A stretch of 64,000 bases of DNA, taken from assembly GCA_051294375.1 (NCBI GenBank), contig CM119271.1, forward strand, positions 4,014,862-4,078,861, written 5' to 3'. Under the pieces are notes generated by a model, which saw only the letters and a program-made list of their open reading frames with translations, searched no databases and was not told the DNA's origin. Shown here piece by piece: positions 50,893-63,930 of this stretch. Within the stretch, counting starts at the first letter, position 1, and the number at the start of each line of letters is the position of its first letter. Made by a program: the position numbers and the translations under genes. This DNA comes from Paraspadella gotoi (Eukaryota; Animalia; Chaetognatha).

Positions 50893-52434
50893 GAGTAAAG
50901 GACAGATCGACAACTTGACGAGCAAAGGGAATGCATTCCGTACGAACTGAACCCGTGAAAGGCCGATCACAAAAAATTGATGACTTGAGGAAGAAGGAAA
51001 TTTTTCTGTCCTCTTCTCTGCACGAGATTCACTCGCCGAGTTTTAATTAATGACGAGGCAACGAGTCTGAACCGAGGATATAAACGGACAGAAAGACGGA
51101 CGGATAGACCAGATAGATGGATACTGGGATAGACAAATGATGAAGAATCAAACGTTGATCAAAACTAAATTAAAAGGGTTTCGACGGAGAGAAAAAGAAA
51201 GATGGCTTGTCATTAAAGAATGACAATTAACGTTCAAATATAATATATCTAATATTATCTATGTTTACATCTATTTTATTTTGCATATTTTGCTGTAATT
51301 AATTTTGTATTTGTCATTTTATTTACGCAAGACACAGAGGTTAAAAGTCTACAAATTGTCTTTTCTTGAAAAAAAAAACACAAAAAAAAACCCAAACAAA
51401 AAAAACAAAAAAAAAGAACAAGTCGGCGAGAAAAGCGCAACGGCGCCACGTAATGACCCAAACATCAGTCGTGACAAACGCAGCGCATCGGTCATGACAT
51501 CCGTTATCGATCGGTTACGACATAAGTAACGAGAGACGCTCTTTACAAAAAAAAACGGTCGAGGCGGAAAAGAGGAAGAGGGGGGGGGAAAGATGTTGCA
51601 TTAGTGACGACGCCAGACGTGAAAAGTTAGGAGAGAAAAAAAAACCAGGAAAGTCGCAGGATAAATAATTTACGGGGAATTTTTTTTTCTTCTTTTGTTC
51701 TTTTTATTTATAGCTGATGAAGAAGACGATGACGACGACGACGATAAGAACAAAGAGGAAGTGTCCGATGACCTCAACGACGACGACGACGACGACGACG
51801 ACCATAACGGTAAGAAAAAGAGATCCGAATTCGTAATATCTCTTTGGTCCAACAAAAGTTTCTTTTGTTGCGCGAATTACCGTTTGGAAGAATTTCGTCC
51901 GGCGTTCGGAATAACGTCAGTAATAATAATAATGGCATCGCAGAGCAAAGCAGTATAAAAGGTGATTGACCGACGCGGGTCTATTACCCCCTCTCCTTCT
52001 TATTCACCTCCTCTTCATCCTCCTTCCATGGATTCGGGGCCGCGTTCACGAGATTCAGTTCACCTTTTTCTCTTCTCCTATTAGTTTCTCCTCTTTTTTT
52101 ACCCTCATGATTTTGTCGCCGTATAGATTTTTCTGCCGTCAACAACGACAAAGATGAAAACAACAGTGACAACTGGTAACAAATGTGATGAGTCATCACT
52201 GATGACAACGACGATGAATAGAAATACGAAACCAAAGAGAACTGATGACAACGAAAACGACGACGACGACGTGCGAAGGGAATTAGTTTAAAAAGAAACG
52301 GTAAGTGTCGGCGGAAAAATAGCATACACCATAAAAAAGCACTAAAGGACCTTGAATGAAAAATCAGTTGAAAAAACAAAATCCTGTTCGATACTGAAAG
52401 CACGAAAAATAAAAAAAATAAGTATCAACGGATG

Positions 52435-52784
52435 AAACGAGAAAGGTAAGTCCAATGTGTTGCGCCGCAGTGAATTTATATTCATGTGTATTTCCCTTTG
52501 ATCACATGATATGACATGACAAGACTAACAAACTTAAGTTGCCCGTACTTTATTTGCACTGCATCAAAATTCCGACTTTTATTTATTATAGTTTTAGGAA
52601 TTCCTGAAGCCGGCGCTAGCAGTCCCTTAGATTTGTGGTTTTTTTATGTCTCAACAAATGAGCAACCACCAACAACCAGCATTTTTAACATAAGTGGGAC
52701 AGACCGACGGACAGATATACCGACAGACCGACCGAAAAGTGACTTATAGAGTTGCTCCGCGAGTACTCGCGGCGCAACTAAAAA
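52435..52784 (-). mobile_element. Complete short Helentron/DINE-1-like element (HINE), family A, ~350 bp
   Basis: Minus strand: TTTTT + 30-bp near-perfect palindrome AGTTGCGCCGCGAGTACTCGCGGAGCAACT + CTATAAGTCACT, then a GTCG/GTCT/GTCC microsatellite, a 3' subterminal inverted repeat GCGGCGCAAC (52459-52468) and end ...CTCGTTT. Confidence 0.8.
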
Positions 52785-53061
52785 CTTTCTTAACCGCGAA
52801 AAGGCAAAAAAAAAGGATGAGTGAATAAAATAAAGATCCGATGGAAAAAAATAAAGAAAGAATGAATAAAAGATGAGAAGGTTGAAAAGTCTTGAACGAG
52901 GAGGCGGGTTTTTCCCTCTCATATTCGCTTTTAAAAAAAAAGATGGCGCAGTAAATATAGTGAAAGAAGTTTGTATACGAGCGTGTGGCTTCCTCTCTCT
53001 TTCTCTTTTCTTTTTCCAATCGTCTTTTGGCTTTTCTCTAAATACATTTTCGTCCTTTAGT

Positions 53062-53152
<91 letters not shown>

Positions 53153-53267
53153 CTCTCTCTCTCTCTCTCTCCAATCTCATTCGCTCTTCTTTCAATTTCG
53201 GAATGAAAGAATCCATAAATATCAATACGAGAGTTTCGCGCTGGAGAAAATGATGCCATCGCTAAAG

Positions 53268-53350
<83 letters not shown>

Positions 53351-54464
53351 GGCGGCGAGAGAGAAAACGAAGATGATAAAAAAATGGGAAAATATAATAT
53401 GAAGGAAAATAAAATGAAGAGAGCATAAAGAGGATGAAAGAAAGCCGAGCTTGAGCAGTGAAGAGAGACGTAAAAAGCAGTAAAAAAGCAGTAAAAAAAA
53501 AGCTGTAAAAAATCCGGTAAGACATAAACAGAGACATCTTTTCAGATAGACGAGTCGCAGCGAGAGATGGGGCAGAAGACGGCGGAATTACAGAAATTAT
53601 TTAAGGAATAATTATCATGTTTTAAATATTGTAAACAAAAATTACTTTCTTTTTTACTTGAGATTATGGTCATGTACTCGGAGCAGTTATTCTTTTTAAG
53701 CTTTATCTGCCAATTAGTCAACTGGAATTTAAAGCTAGAAAATTAGTAAAACTAATATAAAAATCATTCATTCATTTAACATATAAACCTTCTTGTCACT
53801 GACTTTGGACGGGCTATGCTGGGTTGAGGCCTCCATATACCATGATGGAAAAAAAAAGTGTCGCGGTTACTTTCCAGTTATTTTTCGGCATTTTAATGTA
53901 AGAATCGAAAAATAAAATTTAGATATCAAGAAACTTTAGCCTTTTGCGATTCATATAAGCTGTGTCTCATTTATGTATGGCAAAAAATACAGGAGTTCCA
54001 TGTAAAAGAAAATGCGTTGTCCAAAAAAATGCTTCCTTCATTTTTATCTTTTTTATATCTATACTTTTTATTTATATCGATTTCCGGTTCTTTTTTATTA
54101 CTTTTCGAGTTTAACCATGTTCTTCTCTACTGATGTAATACTCACGGAATATAAAAATAAAACCCAAAAATATTTTCTAATTTCATAAAAAAAAATATTT
54201 AAAATGGTTTAATAAATTTTTCTCTCCGTCGTCTGAGTGAAAAAAAAAGCGCAAAATCCTTCTTTTTCTCTTTGGAAACCGAATTCGGAGAAATAGGCCA
54301 TAAAACCAGAAGAAGGAGGAAAAGAAAGAAAAAAACAAAGAAAAACTTGAAATCCTTTTTTCCCTTCATTTTAACTATTCTGTAGGTTTTTTGGCAATTT
54401 TTTTCTTTGTTTCGAGAACTTTATTGTTGTCGTTATGATCGTCGTTATCGTCATCATTATCATT

Positions 54465-54502
<38 letters not shown>

Positions 54503-55500
54503 AAAAATTATTTATTATCATCATCATCATCATCATTTTTTTTACATTTTCAATTCATGACTAATTTCCTAGAGAATTAGCTTAAATGCTGAAATTTTCT
54601 CACCCCCAATCCCTTGAATCTGAAGTGAAGCGATATACACTTAAAGCGCCCCCACTGGTCGGTTGAAAACAGAAAGACTACGGTTCAGGAATTGCGTAAA
54701 TACGCTAAAACAAATTAACAAAATACAATCATAAATGAAAAATAGTAACAATAGTAACTCCAAAAATCCTCACATATTTTGATTTGTAAATAAATGACTT
54801 TTTAACAAGAAAACTAGGGCAGCATGTAATTTTTAACCTTGTGTTTTAACCTCTATTTTAAAAAGACAACACTAACATTCCTCTCCCAATTATATTATTG
54901 ATATGTGAAATAAACCTATAAATTTAATTCAATACTTATGTAAAATATTTTAATAATAAACAAGTTATTTATTATTTCATACATTGCACAAACCCCCGAA
55001 TCGCTCTCCTTAGCCTCCGCCCTCGTCTCTTTTGATCTTTCAGCCCCCGCCCGTAGCAGCCGCAGCCTCCCGCCGCCGCGTCTCCGCAGCACCGCCGCCA
55101 TATCCATTTCCACGATGATTCGTCTTTCTTGAAAAATTCAAATTTTCGCGCGCGTTGCGGCGGGAACCGATTCTCTCTCCTTCTCTTCAACCTTTCATCA
55201 AATCATAATGGGAAACTCAAAAGAAGGAATGATAGAGAGCGAAAGAAAAAGGAGAAGAGAGAGAAGGAGAGAAAGAACGAAACGCAGAAATGGAAAGAAA
55301 GAATAAAAACGCAATGGAGAAATAGGGACAGAAAGAAATGAAAGAAAAGAAAACAGAAAGAAATCAAGACAAAATAAGAGAGAGAAAAAAAGAAAGAAAG
55401 AAGGAAAAAAGATAGAAAGAAAGAAAGAAAGAAATAAAGATAAAGAGCACGAAAAAAAGATAGAAAGAAAGAAAGAAGGAAAGAAAGAAATAAAGAAATA

Positions 55501-55544
<44 letters not shown>

Positions 55545-57302
55545 AAAAATTTTTTAAAAATGTCAGCAAAAATGTCAATTAAAAAAAAGGCATACAAACA
55601 AAAATGAGAAGAAAAACTAAAGAAAGTAATTTGAAATAATGATTGAAGATTTACGGTTCGACCGTCGACCCAAGGCGCCCACGTCTCAGAGGCTCAAAGC
55701 CCGGGGATCCGGCATCCGGAAAACTGGCGGCCGCCGGCGAACTTTCGAAACTTTTCGGGATCCGCGCTTAGCACCCGCGGCCCGAGAGCGAATCTTTTTT
55801 CTATTAACCCCTTTTTAGTCGCTGCCAGGCGTTTTACACAGCTTTCTCAAGCAAATCACTTACCGTGTGATGATATGATAAAAGGTTATAACGTCGATCT
55901 TCCCTTTAACCGACATTAACGTCAACCCACACTCTTTCGAACCCTCCCCCCCCTCCCGTCTCTTATCCATTTTTAACTCGATACACGTTTTGGCTTTTTT
56001 GCCGCAGCCCCGTCGGCTGGGTGCAGAGAAGAGGGCGCCCGCTCAGAGAGATGTACACTGAGATAACTTGCGAAAGGGATTTCAATAATAATTTTATACA
56101 TATAATAAATACAATATTTAAAAATATATATGAAAATTTGCAAATTACTTGTTTCACTATTTTCATTTTTCTATTTTAATATTTTTATGAAGGATTTAGT
56201 ATTTAATCTATATTATTTATTCAAACATATATTGCTTTCTTTTTTAAAAATTTTTATTTATCTAATAATAGAGCCAAACTTCGTCAATGGGGTGGGTCAG
56301 AAGTTTGATTTGGGAACCTTTCCAAATGAAACTTCATACATTTCTGAGAAAACTTTCAATGGAGCAAAATTTCTAAAATGGCAAGAAGCATTAGTAATTA
56401 ATTTTGATATTTATTTATAGATAGGAAATGTCAAAAAAATTTTTTTGAATTTTTTATTTTTAAAAGCAGATTCAGATAGCTTATGAAAGTTATCTGCACA
56501 AAGTATAATTCTTTTTTCAATATTTGATGATAAGTGGGTTAAAATTGAGAAAAATCTTAAAAATCATCATCATCATCATCATCCGATGATTTTAGCAGTT
56601 TTTACTAATTTTTAGTAATAAAACATCAAAATTTTAAAAAGTTGTAAATATATTTTTTGCTTAACTTTTTAAGCTCTATCAGAATCAATTAAAAAACTTA
56701 AAATATCAAAAAAAATTTGTGACATTATATAGCGATATAATAATATTAATTAGCGAATTACTCATGGTTCGGAACATTTTTGCAAAAAAATATTTAACAC
56801 AATAATTAATACCAATAATGGATTAGTTTTATGCTGTTCCCATTAAAATTTGAATTTGGTCGGCTACCGCTACTAATAATTCAATTTGGGAAGGGGAAGT
56901 CAGTGTTGTCTTCTGGAAATAGAGGGAGCATCTATAACACAACACAAGGTTAGATTACTATGTCCTAGTTTTCTAATAGATATCACACACATTTCTGTTA
57001 GAAAGTCATTAATGAAAAATCATAATATCTAAGAGGCTGAACAGAAAAGGGGTGGGAATGGATAATTTTTTGAGGGACCAACGTTATAATATGATTTTTT
57101 TACCAATAGGGATAAGACTACCATGTAGAAATTGTATGCGCGAGAAGAGAAAACGAAGATGATAAAAAAATGGGAAAATATAAAATGAAGGAAAATTTTT
57201 TCTTTTTCTCTTTGGAAACCGAATTCCGAGAAATAGGCCATAGAACCAGAAGAAGGAGGAAAAGAAAGAAAAAACAATAAAGCAAAACTTGAAAGAGAGT
57301 AT

Positions 57303-57464
57303 AAAAGGTCTTTTCTATTGCTAAGAATGTCAAGAATGCGGATGTGCATTCCGTTCTTATGACGTCATCACTTTCGGTTAGGTATGAGTCACTCACATAT
57401 ATCACTCACATATATCCACACACATCCGCATTCTTAACATTCTTAGCAATAGTACAGACCTTTT
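57303..57464. mobile_element. MITE-like fold-back with 44-bp inverted arms
   Basis: AAAAGGTCTTTTCTATTGCTAAGAATGTCAAGAATGCGGATGTG (57303-57346) pairs with 57421-57464 with 3 mismatches. A third arm lies at ~57545-57586. Mirrored at ~41550-41877. Confidence 0.7.
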
Positions 57465-58729
57465 TTTTCCAGACAATTTTTTAATATTCAACTGTATAAG
57501 TCACTTTACTATTCTGGCCATATCTTTTACCCTTTCATCAGAAAGGAATGCACATCCGCATTCTTTACATTCTTGGCAATAGTACATTTAAACTCATTTC
57601 TACTCGGACGATTCCATCGAAACTTCATATCCAGCTCAATCACATACTTCCCTACCCACACACAAAATTTCATTTCAATCTATCTATCAAATCACGAGTA
57701 ATTGGAGTTTTTTGCTAAGGTGGGACGGACGGTCGAATGGACGGGTGGACGGATGGACATTTTTTTTGCATAATTTACATAATTCGATGTTCTGACATGA
57801 TATAAGTGAATGCCCGACAGATTGAGGGGGCAGACGACAACGACAAGTGAATTATAGAGTCGGGATCTGCTGAAAGCAGATCCTTCTAAAAGTAGCATAA
57901 TCATTGCACAGCCCTAAAATAACTCGAGAAGCTCTCTCTCTCTCTCATCAACCATTGGTAGGATTTCACCCGAGTTGTCCTCTGTTGTCCTGACTAGTCC
58001 TTATTGTCCCATTGCTTCGACTTAGCGTCTTATATTGTTATTGTTATTGTTATTTTTGTTGGAGACTAAATCATTCTCGATCTAAAACCTCGTCTGATTA
58101 ATTCCTGCCAGACAACATTCATATTTGAAGAATCAGCGAAGATTCAGTTTATTTTCTTGGCAAAAGGTTTTTCGTAGACACTTCCAAATAGAAAACGATA
58201 GTGAAATCTCACAGATGACGATCCCAACGACAAACAAAACGAAGACGGACAAACCTCCACCGTTGACAGAGAAAGCACAGCACGATCACGCAGCGGCCTT
58301 GGTTTTATGGATGTGGACGTAGCCTTCTTCGCGCGCAGTCATGGTGAATGGGCATTTGACCAACGAGGGTTTCCATAAACGTCCCTTCCAAATTTCTAGG
58401 AGGGAGGGGGGGATAGGGAGAAAAATGTCGATGCTATTGTTTAGCTAATTCTTTTTAAATAGGATAAATGATAATTTAATGGTGTAGAGTGTAGAGTGAT
58501 GTGATAATATTAAAATTTTTAAAATTAAAATTTAGCATATAGAACATAAAATAAAAAGTACTTTGGTAATTTTATTTTTAATTTTATAAAATATAGTATT
58601 TTAGCGAAAACAAAGTTTAGAAGTATTGTATTACAACAATTTTTATTTAAAATAATCAGACATGTTTAATTCTTGTTCGAGCTTCATCAGTGTTTGACAG
58701 ACTATCAAAAAACTTTTTGCAGAAGTAAG

Positions 58730-58765
<36 letters not shown>

Positions 58766-60815
58766 TTAAAGTTTTCCAACAAAGTGGTGAGACAGAATAG
58801 TGGTGAGAGGTGAGGACAGGTGAAGCAAGGACAGATTTGAGTGGAGTTTTTGAAAAAGAATAGTAATGTCAACAGAGAAGAGAGTGAAGAGAGAGAGAGA
58901 GGTAATATGTTAACATTTGTGTAATGTACAACAAAGATATAAGTTTTTAAAATGGAAATAACAATTAGCCTAAATAATAAATTAAATTAAATATAAATTT
59001 GAAATGTGAATATAAGAAAAAATTACATTTGTTAGGATAGTTAAGTTTAAGAGAAGAAAGGATGAATATAAGAGAATAGATAGAGCTTCAAAATGAGCTG
59101 AAGGTTAAGGCGTAGTTGAAAGTTACATACGAAAATTCGAGAAAAGTCAATTATGAACAACATACTATCAGTGAACATTAATTTGTAGAAAAAATTAATT
59201 TATGTTTTTTAATTTTCGCGCAGTAGGCTATATCTATATATAGTATAAAGAAGCCCTATGAAAAGAGTCCAGTGTGGCGGTATAATTCACGACCGCCTCC
59301 CAGTCCACCACCATCCTTGCAGCCAAAAACTAAAGAAAATATTTGAAATAATGATTGAGATTTACGGTTCGACCTCGGACCCAAGGCGCCACCGTCTCAG
59401 AGGCTCAAAGCCCGGGGATCCAGCATTCGGAAAACTGGGGCCGCGGCGAACTTTTCGAAACTTTTCGGGATTCCGCGCTTAGCACCGCGCGGCCGGAGAG
59501 CGAATCTTTTCTTATTAACCCCTTTTTAGTCGCTGCCATGGCGTTTTTACAACACAGCTTTCCTAACCAAACTTCAACTATACCGTGTGATGATATTGAT
59601 AAAAGGTATTATAACGTGATCTTCCCTTTAAGCCGACATTAACGTCAACCCACACTCTTTTCGAACCCACCCCCGCCTCCCGTCTCTTTATCCATTTTTT
59701 AACTCGATACAACGTTTTGGCTTTTTTTGCCGCAGGCCCCGTCGCGCTGAGGTGCAGAGAGAAAGGGCGCCGCTCAGAGAGATGTACACTGAGATAACTT
59801 GCGAAAGGGATTTCAATAATAATTTTTATACATATAAGGGATACGACATTATTGTAAAAAATCCTATATATATTAAAATAATTCTAATTGGATCTTTTGG
59901 TCAAGTAACTAGAGTTCATTGCTGATTATTTTTGTGTGAATCAAACGAGAAATGTAAATTTCTTGTAAAATATTTGAGCTGGATAACTCTGTAGAGTTTT
60001 CGATGATTATTGTGTTCGGATAATTGTTTTTTAAATTGCTTTTCCAAAAACTTCGGCGTTCAAAAAAAAAAAAAAAAACTATCATGGGTGTTTTAAGGTG
60101 TTAACCTTCCGAATTTTCGGCAATAAAAGTTCGTACGTATTTTTATGAAATAGAGGAAATAAATAATTATTATCTTTAATACAGTAATGCAGATTTCTCC
60201 CCCTCGTCCGCAATTTTATGACGAAACCCCTGCTTTAAAATTAAATACAACAAAATACGAAAGTGACCGGGAGATACAATTTATACAATAAATCATAAAA
60301 GGAAGTTTAGGAAACCGAATCCTCGGCGACGGAAAACGGAGACGCCCCCTCGCGGAGAGAATTCCAATTCCTCGCTCCCAACCGATGAGGGGTCGTAAGT
60401 CAAAACCGCTCTCTGTTCTTCGCAATCAGAACCGAGCGAGAGAGAGCGAGACGCCTTCTCCAAAAACTGACGACGCAACCGAACGAAAACTTTGGGAAAA
60501 CGAGAGAGGGAGGGAGGGAGGGGAGAAGTGAGAGAGAGTAGGGAAGAAGATGAGAGAGAGCGACGAGATGCGAGAACAAGAGAGTTACTGAGAGAGAGAG
60601 AAAGAGAGATGAGAGAGAGAGAGAGCAGGAGAGAGAGATGGAAGCAAATGAAAAAGCTAAAGAAAATTTCCGCGGTTTTGAAAGAAATTCACACGCGTTT
60701 TTATAACCAACTGGCGCGAAAGATGGGTTTTGGGTGGAGGCGCAGTGAAAATAGGGGGTTCGGTGGCGGCGGTGGGTGCTGTAAGCACAGGCCTGGGGGG
60801 GTAAGCTTTTCAGGA

Positions 60816-61271
60816 GTTGCCCAAGAGACGAGAGACGCGGAAACGCGCGATGCCAAGCAACCGCGGGACAGCGGTGACGAGGCGTTGCTATGGAAACCGA
60901 CGGAAAGAAAAAGACAAAGATTGGCTAACAAAGGAACAAAGGAGTCCGAATATTCTTACTAATTAAAAAAGAAAATTTAAAAAACGCGAAAATAGAAACA
61001 GTAGACAAAGCTATGATGACCGAAAGCTTGCAGCAGGTCTCGCTGTATGTGATTTGATACTGAAACCTACGTTAGCCCGATCCATTGTCCACAATTCAGG
61101 AGCAAGGTACGTAGCTTATTTATTGATTTATTTTGATAATTGTTATAATCTTTATACATCTCCAGGATAGACCTAACCCGAGACACAATATCAAAGCAAG
61201 AAACTTATATCGACTTCGCTCAGTTGTCTAAGCGTCGACGGAACGCGTAGACGCGGCCGTTGCTAAGCGAC
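60816..61271. promoter_or_regulatory. Cluster of RFX X-box-like motifs with a reverse CCAAT box
   Basis: GTTGCTATGGAAAC (60884-60897), GTTGCCCAAGAGAC (60816-60829), GATGCCAAGCAAC (60849-60861) and GTTGCTAAGCGAC (61259-61271) resemble the X-box consensus GTNRCY-N0-3-RGYAAC. GATTGG at ~60919. CpG-rich context. Confidence 0.55.
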
Positions 61272-63614
61272 GAGAAAACCGGTGACGCGCGTGATTCTCC
61301 TTCCGTTGGAAATAATCTTCTGTTTTCTGTCGTTCGGGCTAGGAGAGGAAATGTAACGTAGAAAATAAGCAGATTTTTAAAATTTTATTTGCTAGGTTAT
61401 AAGTGTGGTTTTTATTAGTATATATAGTTATGTTTTATAAGTAAATATTTTTTCGCTTTTTTATATGATCTATTTTATCGTCTCTCTGGTTGCTTTCTCA
61501 GTTCGTTTGTTTTTAGTATTTTTATTTTTGTTAAAACAACTTTTGTGGTAGTAATCATATATAAGTAATTATATATTATATACGTCCGAAAATTTTTTAT
61601 TGTGTGATCTCTTGAAATTCTAATCTTTTTTGAGATTGCATAAAAATTACTAAACGGTACGTAAATTGATTCTAAAACTAGAATAAATCTCGATAAATTT
61701 TTTTGTTTTGTTTTTGAAAATGCACATTGCACAATTTTTAAAAGTTTGTTTCAAGCAAAACTGCCTTTTATTTGAAAAATAAATCATATATAAATTTACA
61801 TAAAATTGGAACAACCAAAATAAAAATTATAAATAAACTATATTGCCCCTGACTGGACAGTGGACAGGCTTTGGCAGTTTAAGGCTTCCATCACTCTTAC
61901 AAGATAATGACAAAGCAGATCCCTCCATATTAGACTGGTTTTTTCTCACTAAAACTGAAGAAGAATGAAGCTTAAAAAGACGGAAAAAATAATTTTACTA
62001 AAGAAAGTAATTTAATACATTTAATCTGACCGACTTGATTTAACTTAATTCTATGTGGGTTTCGCGAAGAAAATCGCATTAATAAAATATATTTCCAACA
62101 TTGGTAACTTGAAGGGAGGGAAAGTTAAAACGTAGAAATTCCACTTTATATGACGGAACTCGTTAATCAATCTTTTTTTCACAGGCGGTATACTTATTAC
62201 TTAATCCAATTTTTTTTTATTTAAAGCGTAAATTTTCTAATCTTGGAGGAAGGGATTTTGAGATCGACGATGCGAAAGTTTCTCAGACAACAGGCCAACC
62301 CTGTCATGATTTTATGCCTGACCCTGGATATGTTAAAGGGGTGAAATGGCAAGGTCTAATGGTGTATAAATTGACAACCCTAGCGGCCACAAAACAATAT
62401 TAACGGGGACGCGTGATTAATGTTGATGTCATTACTTTCTCGTAAATTAATCTCTCCGAACTCGGAGGGAATTTGTTATCGCGACCATTACAAGTCGTCA
62501 GATGGTACTGATGTTATCTGAGAGAGAGAGATGCAGTGAGCGTCAGAGTAATTGAGGTCGTCAGATGGATGGTAGACGGAGATCGAGAGTCAGAGAGAGG
62601 TGAGAGCAGAGAGTCGTACGAGAGAGAGAGATGTGACGGAAGAGAGGATTGAGAGGGATGAGAAAGAGAGAGGCTTCACCACCGGAAATGGAATTTTTTC
62701 GCGCCGACGCAACTCGAGATTGTTCCTTTCCACTGCCATCTGGGGCCAAAGATCGACAAAAAAAAAAGGAAACAAAAGTGCAAGACTTTTGGGGGAAAAG
62801 AGGTAAACAATGTGGGAGGGAATATCGGCAGAAGGTGACGAGAAAAAGAAGAGGAAATGTGAAACTCGTAAAAAGGTGGGAAGTGTGAAGTGAAACATAA
62901 AGGTTGACCGGGTTAAGAACTGGGAGTCACTTTGTGAAAAGAGGGATTGCGAAAATATACCGTTTGTGATTTTGAAGAGGCGTTTGTGAGGATGGAAGGG
63001 GTAAGTTTTAAATATATATAAATAATAATATAATATAATATATAAATATTACATATGGAACTTACGATACATATTTTTAAAGACGATTTGGATCTTTGTT
63101 TATGACGATATTAAAATATAGACGATTTACTGACCTTCTTTCGACCGAGTTCAATTTCTTGGCCGACTTTGTCCTCTCGGATTTCTTAATAATAAAACTC
63201 TGGTTGAGAGACCAACCCATATACGTATTCTCTCTATGCAAAGATGGAGAAAGTAAAGATCTAGGAGTTTTGAGTTTGTTATAAAATTTCATGAAAAAGA
63301 ATTTAATCGTTTGATTTTATAAAGATTTAATAAAATTAAAGGAAAAAAATATTTTTTTTTAAATAAGAATTTTTCTCCTTTGGCTTTACGCTTCTTTCCT
63401 TGATTTTTTTCTATTTTGCTTTTGTCTAGTTGTCGTCGGACTAAGAGTCCCATTGATATCCAGACGACGATGACCACCATGACGACGATGACCACAACGA
63501 CGACGATGATCACGACGACGACGACGACGACGACAAACAACAACAATGAAGACGACGTGGACGTACGTACATAGATTGAGTCGTCTGAGGTGAAAAAGGC
63601 ACATTTGTCTCTCA

Positions 63615-63701
<87 letters not shown>

Positions 63702-63930
63702 CTTTCCATCGGGGTTTTTTTAAATAATGCATTCGGTTTACCAACCCTTACGCGGGGCCGAACCAAAACCTTATTTTTTACAGTGAATTATTCAAGAACG
63801 AAAAGACAATTAAGAATGGTTTTAAGATATTTTTTTTTAAAAAATACTTGTATAATTTTAGAAACTTAACAAAAAGGTCACTTAGAATTCGGCGCATGTA
63901 GGACACAAGGAGACGAGTCCAAGGCGGCGT

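Larger units (their letters stand above)
46200..51601 (+). repeat. Direct tandem duplication (46200-49319 vs 49345-51601)
   Basis: Both copies start gagttaaaactaaaattaattt and end ggggggaaagatgttgcat. The first copy carries an extra ~640 bp (47110-47750) and a longer, noisier minisatellite. Confidence 0.9.
39718..59236. repeat. ~6.3-kb inverted duplication (39718-46076 vs ~53050-59236)
   Basis: Colinear reverse-complement match throughout, e.g. ORFs MEMDMAAVL../GCGCYGRGLKDQKRRGR at ~44.1 kb (+) and ~55.0 kb (-), and (GAT)n at 44.6 kb vs (ATC)n at 54.5 kb. Left arm ends at a 25-N gap. Confidence 0.92.
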
